Positions 23,930 to 32,893 of a DNA stretch of 64,000 nucleotides are shown here, piece after piece. The notes beneath the pieces are model-generated. The model searched no databases, was not told where the DNA came from, and saw only the letters and a program-made list of their open reading frames with translations. Each line of letters opens with the position of its first letter. The stretch's first letter is position 1. The stretch covers positions 1-64,000 of the forward strand of contig BAAIJX010000020.1 in NCBI GenBank assembly GCA_054600435.1. Direction: 5' to 3'. This DNA is from Neophaeotheca triangularis. Lineage: Eukaryota. The position numbers were made by a program, and so were the translations under genes.

Positions 23930-26281
23930 TCATACTTCCTGAACCTCCTGCATCCGCTCCAACTCGGCCGACTTGTCCTCTTCTCTCCTCTTCGTCTCCT
24001 CTATCTCTTCAAGGGTCTTTTGCTTCCCTAGCTTCTGGTAGACTTTAGCTAGACGCTGATGCCAAGGGACATGTGTGTAATCGTATCCGCTGGCTCGGAG
24101 CTCATCGATGATGGCATTGGGGATGTGGAAACGATGTTGCTCGAGTGTCCGCTTGTAGGCGGTAAGCAAGGGCGAGATAAACTCCCACATCGTGTACCAA
24201 CATCCCGCATCGTACGAGGGCCCCCAACCCCTCTCCGCTCTATCTTCTTCCTTTTTCTCGACTTCTTCTTTCCTCTCGTCCATCCATTGGATTGTATGCC
24301 CCAGCGCTACCAGAAGCTGTGACGGCTGTCTAGATGCGGCAACCTGCAAAATGACATCTAGAGAGGTCCCATCCAACATCAATTCCTCGAATTCCCACTC
24401 CAGCATTTCGCTAACACAGCTGGTCAGTGCTGAATGACAAAGAAGCTCGCCGGTTCCGGCATGTGTACTGAGCAACATCGCCATGGCATCTGCAGATGCA
24501 GATATCCAAGATGTGAATAGAGGACCGACTTCAGGTTCTTGGTATTGCGCACCGGCCTCAAGTAACAGCTGCACATAACGCTCGGCACCATCTTCATGGT
24601 AAGAGGTAGCAGCATAAAATAAGGCACTGTGGCCGTTTGTGTCGAGTTCGTTAATCAGACCAGCTGCCTTGGTGTCGAGTAGCAGCTTCAGCATGTCAAT
24701 CCAGTCACTCGTGGCGGCAAAGTGTAGGACAGTGCTCTTGGACTGGTGCGTGAGCAACGTGACATTTGCTCCATGTTTGAGCAACGATCGGACCAAATCG
24801 TCTTTTTCAAGACTCACGGCTGTATGTAGTGCTGACATGCCGGACTGCTCGCGGACATCGATGCTGTCTCCACTCCCGACAAGCATCTGGATCACGTCCT
24901 GATCATGTTCGAAGTAACGCGGAGTTTTTGCATAGAGGATCAAAGGCGTCGTCCCCTCGTCGTCTCTTTTATGAACATCTGCGCCGGCAGAAAGCAGTGT
25001 ATAGATGCATTCGCGACAACTCCGCGCCTTTAATGCGTCATGTAGAGGCGTCGATTTGTACACGTCCACATGGTTAACGTCTGCGCCACGATCCAGAAAG
25101 AGTTGTATTGCACGTACAGGGCAGTTACTGTCTCCAAAAATGTGATCGCGGAACATCCAATGCAAAGCTGTCATCCGGTAGCGTGTGTCTTGCATGTTTA
25201 CGTCGACGCCTTGATTGAGAAGCGATTCGATGCGTTCCAAGTTTCTGCCGCATTTCCTATAGGTCTCGTCGCAGAAGCACGTGCTCAGGTATGCAGCGTT
25301 GTTGGTGAGCCGTTCGCTTTCATCGATTGCTTTGTAAAGGTCTACACGATTATCACTTGTCGTACGCTCCCGCACGGGCTCAGGACCTTGAGCGGAAGCG
25401 ACTTCAACAAGCGTAGCAGGTCCCGTTCCCTCGAAGAAAGAAGAGCCACTCGCTTGGCCTAGATCCAGTTGCTGGAAGATTTGAACTGTCCTCTCTGCCG
25501 GGTGTTCTGTCCACTGGCTTGAAACGCTGTTGCCAAAAGCCATGAGCTGATCGGAAGCGTCCCAGACCTCCGGGGCCTCGTTTGACCTGCCGGACTGTGG
25601 TTGTTTTTCTGGTAGAGGATCGAACTGGTTCGGCTGCAGGAGAGCACTTGTATTGCGATGTAGGTCAGAGCGCATCAGAGACCCCGGTTCGGACAACGTC
25701 CGCTCGTCACGCTCGTGCATCAATACCAAGGAATGGACGTCGTTCGTGGCCGACGGCCTGTCGTTTTCAGTGGTGAACGCTGTTCGGAACTCCAATGTTG
25801 TGTTCTGTCCAGGTTCAAGATAGCTAATGGACATCTCGTTTTCTTCGTGACCCACGAGATCTTCGACACCGCCGTGCTCGCCCCTGTCCGCATTCTGTTG
25901 CGGTAAAACTGATGGCCCGGGAGATGGTAGCAGACAATGGGAACCAGGGGCTCTAGAGATAGACTGAGTGCTTGCAGCGTTCCCGTCTGCCGTGGTACGC
26001 CTCTTCTTAGCTGAACGGCCTTTACAAGTCTTCAAGTGTTCGAGCAAAGCGTTCTTACGCTTCTCTCCCTGACAAACGGGGCAAGTGGCGAGATTGCTTT
26101 TTTTGTGGAACTGAGCTTCGTGTCTCTGGAGAATGTCGAGTCGAGCAAATGAGTTCGAACAGTAGCTGCATTTGTGTCGTTGATAGCTTGAATTGTGCGA
26201 CTGTCTTTCATGGCGTCGAAGTGATTTCGGCACCGTGAATGTAGCAGTACACGGTGAGCATCGGTGTCTTGTTGTAGACAT
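23930..26281 (-). CDS. C2H2 zinc-finger + ankyrin-repeat protein
   Basis: N-terminal CSPC..HERQSH, CSYC..F.RLDILQRHEAQFH, CPVC..HLKTC, then KKRR NLS-like motif; about six ankyrin repeats (MTALHW, STPLHDA, TTPLILY, MSALHTA, TVLHFAA, HSALFYA). Confidence 0.82.
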   Translation of the reverse strand: MSTTRHRCSPCTATFTVPKSLRRHERQSHNSSYQRHKCSYCSNSFARLDILQRHEAQFHKKSNLATCPVCQGEKRKNALLEHLKTCKGRSAKKRRTTADGNAASTQSISRAPGSHCLLPSPGPSVLPQQNADRGEHGGVEDLVGHEENEMSISYLEPGQNTTLEFRTAFTTENDRPSATNDVHSLVLMHERDERTLSEPGSLMRSDLHRNTSALLQPNQFDPLPEKQPQSGRSNEAPEVWDASDQLMAFGNSVSSQWTEHPAERTVQIFQQLDLGQASGSSFFEGTGPATLVEVASAQGPEPVRERTTSDNRVDLYKAIDESERLTNNAAYLSTCFCDETYRKCGRNLERIESLLNQGVDVNMQDTRYRMTALHWMFRDHIFGDSNCPVRAIQLFLDRGADVNHVDVYKSTPLHDALKARSCRECIYTLLSAGADVHKRDDEGTTPLILYAKTPRYFEHDQDVIQMLVGSGDSIDVREQSGMSALHTAVSLEKDDLVRSLLKHGANVTLLTHQSKSTVLHFAATSDWIDMLKLLLDTKAAGLINELDTNGHSALFYAATSYHEDGAERYVQLLLEAGAQYQEPEVGPLFTSWISASADAMAMLLSTHAGTGELLCHSALTSCVSEMLEWEFEELMLDGTSLDVILQVAASRQPSQLLVALGHTIQWMDERKEEVEKKEEDRAERGWGPSYDAGCWYTMWEFISPLLTAYKRTLEQHRFHIPNAIIDELRASGYDYTHVPWHQRLAKVYQKLGKQKTLEEIEETKRREEDKSAELERMQEVQEV

Positions 26282-27298
26282 GACGAGCCGGCCGGCGCCT
26301 TCGAATTGTCTAAAGACAAGGGATCACAAGCGCGGTGATTTGGTCGTTTGGACGCTGTAGAGTAATGTCGCAGGTTCCCAGGTAGTAAACAGCTCTCTTC
26401 CTGGCAGCCTTGCGTTCTTAACATGTTACTGACAAGGCAGCACTCCAAGCACCGCCAGGACCCATCATGAGACTTGATTCGCTGCCATGTCGGCGGCCCT
26501 CAATACATGTACTGTACATAGCCACGCTCGCCGCAGCACTTGGCACGCTAACGTATGCAAGTGAGCACCGCCAGCGATAAATAGCTCTTGGAAGAACGTT
26601 GGAGGTAGGCAAGACCGGACCTCATTTGAGGAGCCTCATGATTCGAGGAAGCTCAATCGAAAAGCCAGACGGCTCAAATTCCAGTCCCGATTCTTATAGA
26701 GTGTCATATTCCTTCTACGCCTGGCTTGTAGGATGGCGTATGGGCAATCTTGAACCCTGCGCCATGGCGTCGTGGCCCGGGTAGAGGCGTCGAAAGGGGG
26801 GGCGGACGCTTTTGTCAAGAGTGAGGTAGTATGTACTAGGCACACATCAGGGCACCTGCCATGGAGGTAGTAAGCTTGCTGTTGCAGATTGAGGGAATCG
26901 GACGGTGGTCATGGCCTCAGGCATGTCGTTGGCTTGCTTACTCAGCAAATCCATTGGTTACCTAAGGTAGTCACGTAGGTAGATACCTCCAGGTATCAGT
27001 TGCGAGTGCTTCCAGATTACCTTGTCTGCAACGTGAAGATGCTTTCCATTTGTACGAGGTTCAGGCCAGTGATGAAGCGGAGAGTATGCTCTCCTGGAAT
27101 GATGAGTATCTCGGGAAGGTATGCACACACCCATTCCCTTTGGCAATCATTGATCTCGACGATGAGCTTTCTACACCAAACTTCTCGGCAACACAGTAAA
27201 TCATCAAAACAGTCCCCTCGTCCCATCATATATACATTCACGTCGTAATCCCCGTCAAGACAAGCCGAACGCGGCTTCGACCTTCAACCCCGGACGCC

Positions 27299-27833
27299 TC
27301 AACAATCATCCGGAATCCCAGCAATAGCCTCGATCTCCACTAGGAAATCTCCCGGAAGCCGACCAACTTCCACTGCAGTGCGGGCGGGTTTGGGATCCGG
27401 TAGCATGGCGCCGTAGACCTCGTTCATCGCCGAGTAGTCGTCCATGTCGGCGAGGAAGACCGTCGTCTTCATCACGTAGTCCCACGAAGTGCCGGCTTCC
27501 TCGAGCACGGCGCCGATGTTCTTGATGACTTGGGCCTGCGTTTGTGTTAGTGTGGCCCCGCAACTTTGGCGGATGGGCGAGGGTTGTGGCTGTGGTGGTT
27601 TGGCTTACGGTTTGTGCCTCGATGCCGCCGTCGATGATGGAGCCGTTCAAGGTTGGCACCGTGCCGGAGGTGTAGACGATGGCTTTGGAAGTCCAGGCGC
27701 CGCTTGAGAGGATGGGGCCTTGGGTTCCTAGGTGGGTTATCACGGGTTGCTTTGCGAGTTTGGGCGTGGGTTTGGCAATGGCGGCGCCGGTGACGGCGAG
27801 GAAGCTCGCGAGGATGGATGTGAAGGCGACCAT
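27299..27833 (-). CDS. RidA/YjgF/YER057c/UK114-family imine deaminase with N-terminal signal peptide (exons 27833-27609, 27535-27299; 153 aa)
   Basis: In-frame intron GTAAGC..ACTAAC..GCAG; VYTSGTVP, GGIEAQT|AQVIKNIGAVLEEAG, VMKTTVFLADMDDYSAMNEVY, PARTAVEVGRLP, LVEIEAIA; leader MVAFTSILASFLAVTGAAIA|KPTP. Confidence 0.92.
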
Positions 27834-28131
27834 GGTTGGATAGCTATGAGGTTGCTATAAGGATGCTACGAGTGTTCGACTAAAGGACTGGAGAGGAAGT
27901 TGACGCCAGGAATGCTTTGAATGCCATCGTCTTCGCTTCTCGCTTTATAACAATCGACCCCTTCAGCAACTTCCGGTTCGTAGGCATTTGGTTGAAGTTC
28001 AGCAACTACGCTACGCGAGTTGCCATGTCTTCCAAGAGCTGCGAGGGCCACTAGTCGTATCTTCATACAGCTGTGAGACCCCATGCAGCCGCTTGGTAGT
28101 GACACGGAAGAAAGCACAGCGGCTCTGAACG

Positions 28132-29479
28132 CTATCAATCTCCCCGTCGGCCTTGCGATCCCAGACGTCTTTAGAGGGTCGACGCCCTACTTCGGCCAAG
28201 CTCGGGTGCATCCCCCAGAATCACTACAACAGTGCATACTAGGGCCAGAATTCTTATCTCTTGGGTATTGGATCATGCAGCGAAAGACGTGTTGAGCGAA
28301 TTCTGACTCTTCCAGATCAAAGAGCGAATTCGATTGAGGCCAATCATAAAGGGCAAGATAAGGGACATGCATGCACACACGCAGGAATATCACAGTTATC
28401 ACTCATCATAGTAGATCTTCGGCATGAGGTTGATAAGGTCGATATGTAAAACGCTCTTTTCGAACCCTCCCAGCCACTCGGCGTTTTTAAACTCCACAGC
28501 AAACCCCACAGTCGACCCGCATCGCATGGTGACAACGTGGTGAAGACGATAAGGTAGTACTACTAGTAAGTGCCGCTGCTACTTGTAGAAGCATTCCAAG
28601 GTTGGAACAACGTCCTCGCCGAGACCTTGTAGTTTAGTCGATTCGATACACCTCCACTTGACCAGTTACAGTAGTAGCGGTAGTAGTCTTTTTACTACTA
28701 CTACCGACTTCTCCATCTGCGCGCGGCAGATTCTCGCTACAGTACAGACAGTATCCACCCGAACTTCATCGTATCTCTCGCAACCCTAAACACTTGCCAC
28801 AGGCATTACGGGTTACAATTCCATAATAATACGACGGCTCGACCCTCCAAGGACTGACTACCTTTGATGCTATCGAACCTCGCTTGAAGAAATGCTCGCC
28901 AAGCTCCCTATCTTGCCTTGCCATCAAATCAGGTAGAAGGTAGGTGTTCAAGGATTTACCTGGGTACTTCATCTGCAGCTTGATGCACACCCAAGTCCGA
29001 CTGCTCGTGGCTACTTGGTCTTCTTATCACGGTATGCGTTGTTGAATTCGGGACTGCTTCGCGATGAAGCGAGTGCTGTCGTCCCGTCTTTCTGGCTTGA
29101 GATAGGCCACCAACCCCCATCCACTATCCCACTCCAACCCGGAATACGAGGTACCGATTCATGCATGCAGCATCGTGGATACCATTGTCTGTAAACGAAC
29201 ATCTCGCGTTATTCCTTGACCGTCTCTCGATGCGTGCTCTAGGCTACTCCACGCTGGATCAACCACGAATAGCTTGCGTACTGCGACTCTAGTTGTCATG
29301 CAAAGCGATCCTTCAAGATATCCTTTGATAGCCCATCTACCGGGCTTCTTATCGCAGCTGCACCATCGAGAAGATAGGCTATAGCTAGCAGGCCCAATGG
29401 AGCCACCTTCAAACCCGAGATCATGTCTATTGGAGTGGAGCGTCCTGCGACATATCCTCGCATCGGACTGCCTTGATAA
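28132..29479. promoter_or_regulatory. Cluster of HGATAR (AreA/NIT2-type) sites in the Rid-LAAO divergent promoter
   Basis: 14 matches counted by eye on both strands, starting near 28132, 28254, 28356, 28396, 28431, 28547, 28870, 28908, 29024, 29100, 29326, 29349, 29372, 29474; outward-facing TATA boxes at 27944-27949 (-) and 29557-29563 (+). Confidence 0.6.
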
Positions 29480-29633
29480 ATACATTATGACCAATTGCAA
29501 TGAGAAATTTCGCGGACTAGAAAATTCAAGGCCTTAGGGGGCCGGGCTGGACCAAGTATATATGAGGCAAGGCCCCTGTCTCCTTGAGCTCAGATTCTCC
29601 TGATCAGCACATTCACCTCCTCTTCAAGGCAAT

Positions 29634-31750
29634 ATGAAAAGTCGTTTCACAGCTTCCTTTGCGGCGCTTTCTGTGGCGGGCGGCGCTCTCGCTAGCCCAA
29701 TCACTCCTCGTTCAGACTCTTTGTCTTTCATCAAGCCTTCTTCGGTTACGTCTGACTCCGTACATAACGTCCATGTCGGCTACGGCGATGATGATCTCGA
29801 AGGCGAGGTCCGGCTGGTGTACGGAGACTGCGGTATGAAAGCCCACCACGAAAGACATCACGACGTCGCTTCACACCACGTCGATCGTTCGGCACGACCA
29901 GAGCGGTTCGTTTGGATCGTGCCCGAGGATGCCTTTTCCGGTGGCTGTCTGCACGCTTACTCCGGACAAGAACTCATTGGTCGATCGGCACCAATCTCTA
30001 TCACTCACCAGCCCAAGAAGCGGCAGGAGATCTCAGAAGTCGCAGATGCTATGGGTCCTTGGTTCGACGGTGTGGCGTACATGCAGTCCAAGAAGAACAA
30101 TGCCTCCTACGTCGCCGAGGCAAAGAGCAAGCAGATCGCCATCGTTGGCGGAGGTATGGCAGGCCTGCTGACCAGTCTACTCCTCGACTCTGTGGGCGTT
30201 CATGATTGGCACATCATCGAATCCTCTGACCGTATCGGTGGCCGTGTCCGAACAAAGTACCTTGCCAACTCCACACCAGACGAGTACCAATACCAGGAAA
30301 TGGGACCCATGCGATTCCCGGTATCAGCCTTTTACGAAGAATTCAACGAGACGGTGGAGATTCAAGACCACAAGATGGTGTTCCAACTGGGAGATGTGCT
30401 TAATCAGATGAACGGAGGTGACGAGAGCCTTGCCGTCAACTTTATTCCTTGGATCCAATCTAGCCCCAACACACCCGGCAACTCGAACGGCTACCGTCTC
30501 CCTAACGGACGCATTCCCAGCATCGCGCAGATTCGGGCAAACAGTACAGAATATACTCTGCCAAGCGTCGAAGGACCCGACGAGGAAGCAGTGGAGGAGG
30601 CAGAGGAAGCTCTTGAAGAATTCATCGGCACTTCGCCAGAGACCCTCCGCAATATATCCACCAACGTCTACCAGGCCCACAAAGACTACGTTGAGAACGG
30701 CTACTTTCACTTCTCCGAGGCAGCCTACTTGAGGTATGCGCTCAACACGAGTGACGATGTAATAGACTATGTGACCGGCAACGGTAACAGCCCGATCTGG
30801 GAGTACGACGCGGCCTACTTCAACGCAGACAAATGGCTCACAATCGACAAGGGCCTCGAGTCTCTACCCCGAGCCTTCCATCCTCTCGTCAAAGACCGGC
30901 TGACATTGGGACGCAAAATCACCGGGCTCAAACACAACAACGACAGCGACAAGATCTCGGTCCAGTGGCGTGACGACCCCTTCGCCATGGAGCCCCAAAG
31001 CAAAGAATACGACTACGCAGTCATCTCCGCGCCCTTCTCCAAAGTCCGGCTCTGGGACCTGCCGGACTACTCCTCCCTCCTCTCCCGCGCCATCGCCTCC
31101 CTCAACTACCAACAATCCTGCAAAGTCTCGCTCCACTACAAGACCCGTTTCTGGGAACACCTCTCCCCGCCCATCATCGGCGGCTGCGGCTCCACCGACA
31201 TCTCCGGCATCGGCAGCGTCTGCTACCCAGCCTACGAGATCAACTCGACAGGCCCGGGCGTCCTACTCGCCTCCTACAGCTCCGGCACCGCCGCCCGCTC
31301 CCTCGCCGCTCTCAGCGAAACCGACCACATCGCCATGGTGCAGCGCGCCATGGTCCAAGTCCACGGCGAGATCGCCCAAGAGCAGTGGACGGGTGCCTTC
31401 GACCGCCAGTGCTGGGAAGTCGATGAGCATCAGGCCGGTGCCTGGGCGAGTCCGTACATCGGCCAGCAGGACTTGTATTTGCCGGCGTACTACGAGACGG
31501 AGTTCAAGTCCATCTTCATTGGCGAGCATAGTAAGTTTTCTTCCCTCCCCCCACCACCCAACCCCTCGTCTTTCCTTCAAACGTCCCGATTACTGACTTT
31601 GTGCCCCTAGCCTCTTACACACACGCCTGGATTTTCTCGGCGCTGGATTCAGCGGTGCGCGGCTCGACGCAGCTGTTGCTGGACATGGGGTTGGTGGACG
31701 AGGCGAAGCAGATTGTGGACGAGTGGATGGGGAGGTGGATTTCCATTTAG
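29634..31750 (+). CDS. Secreted L-amino-acid oxidase (flavin amine oxidase family); exons 29634-31530, 31611-31750; 678 aa
   Basis: Signal peptide; pro-region ending KKR at residue 130; IAIVGGGMAGL FAD motif, IIESSDRIGGRV, YQEMGPMRFP; spliced FIGEHTSYTHAWIFSALDSAVRG; architecture as in Neurospora LAO. Confidence 0.9.
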
Positions 31751-32893
31751 AGCTTGGCAGCCACGAAGGGCTCGGAGAAGTATTTAACGATTGAATGCCT
31801 ATGAAAGTCATGTACATAGAGGTGAATGAATGATATTGATTCCGATGGAAGAAGGTAGGAATTGGAATCGCTCGGTATTGTGAGGCTGCCGTTTTCCGGC
31901 CGCGAGGCAGATCTTGCCGCCAGCCATAGTGGAGGGAGTGTTGGACGATTGATTGAAGCAAGATTGGTTCGGCGGATCGAAGGCTTCTGTTGTGTTCAAA
32001 CTTCGGAACCTAGTGGCAGTGTTCATTATGGGCACGCGTACTCTTGCCCTGTGTCAAGACCCCCAACAACCCCCCTTAAAGCTGATGCACATTTCTCCGT
32101 CTTCGCTTAAACGCAGTTGGTAAAGAAAGCATTTGAGAACAAATGTCGGACAAGAAATAAAGAAACCATATTCGCCTCTGTCATACATCAAGAGGCTCTG
32201 TTCTCAGGCACGCGGGCGCGCGGACACGCAAGTGGGTAAGCAGGCCCTTCTACCTAGCCCGAAACCCACCCGTTCCCTATGCAATCCGCCCGCATTCTCA
32301 ATGTACAAGCACAACGCAAAGAGAAGTGAAACAACAACGCTCAAATGTTCCCAGTCGCTATGCCATAAAGAAACCCGCCATACCCATTCCGAGTCTGAAT
32401 CCCATGTATGCGCCGTTCGCTATGCATTTCCATCTTGATTCCTTCTGACGTTCTTGGGATCTTCACCCGTCAAATCCCCCTTCCGTTAGAATGGTTCTTT
32501 ACCCCTGCCGGTCCGCCTCCGTATGTCGAAACCAGTGTCACGCTTGTTGTACTTCCTCGGCCCGACCCGCCTTCTCACTCTTTCCTCTACGCGCTCGCTT
32601 GGTTCTTGCCCGTGGGTGGCCCTATTGTGACCACGATGCTCCTTCTCTACTTTTGCTGGTTGCGGGCTTCGAGAATCGTGCCTTTTGCGCTCATGCTCAC
32701 GCTCACGCCGCAGCTTATCCTTGTATTTCTGCGCATCAACTTCGCGTTTACGCCGAGGGGAAGGTTTATAGCGGTCGATATTCCCACCCTCAGCGGGCTC
32801 ATGCTCGTGCTCACGATCGTCGTGTCTCGGGGCGTCGACTGCAAGGTCGGTGTTAGCACTTGGACGACTTCCACGAAATCTAAGTTCTTCATC

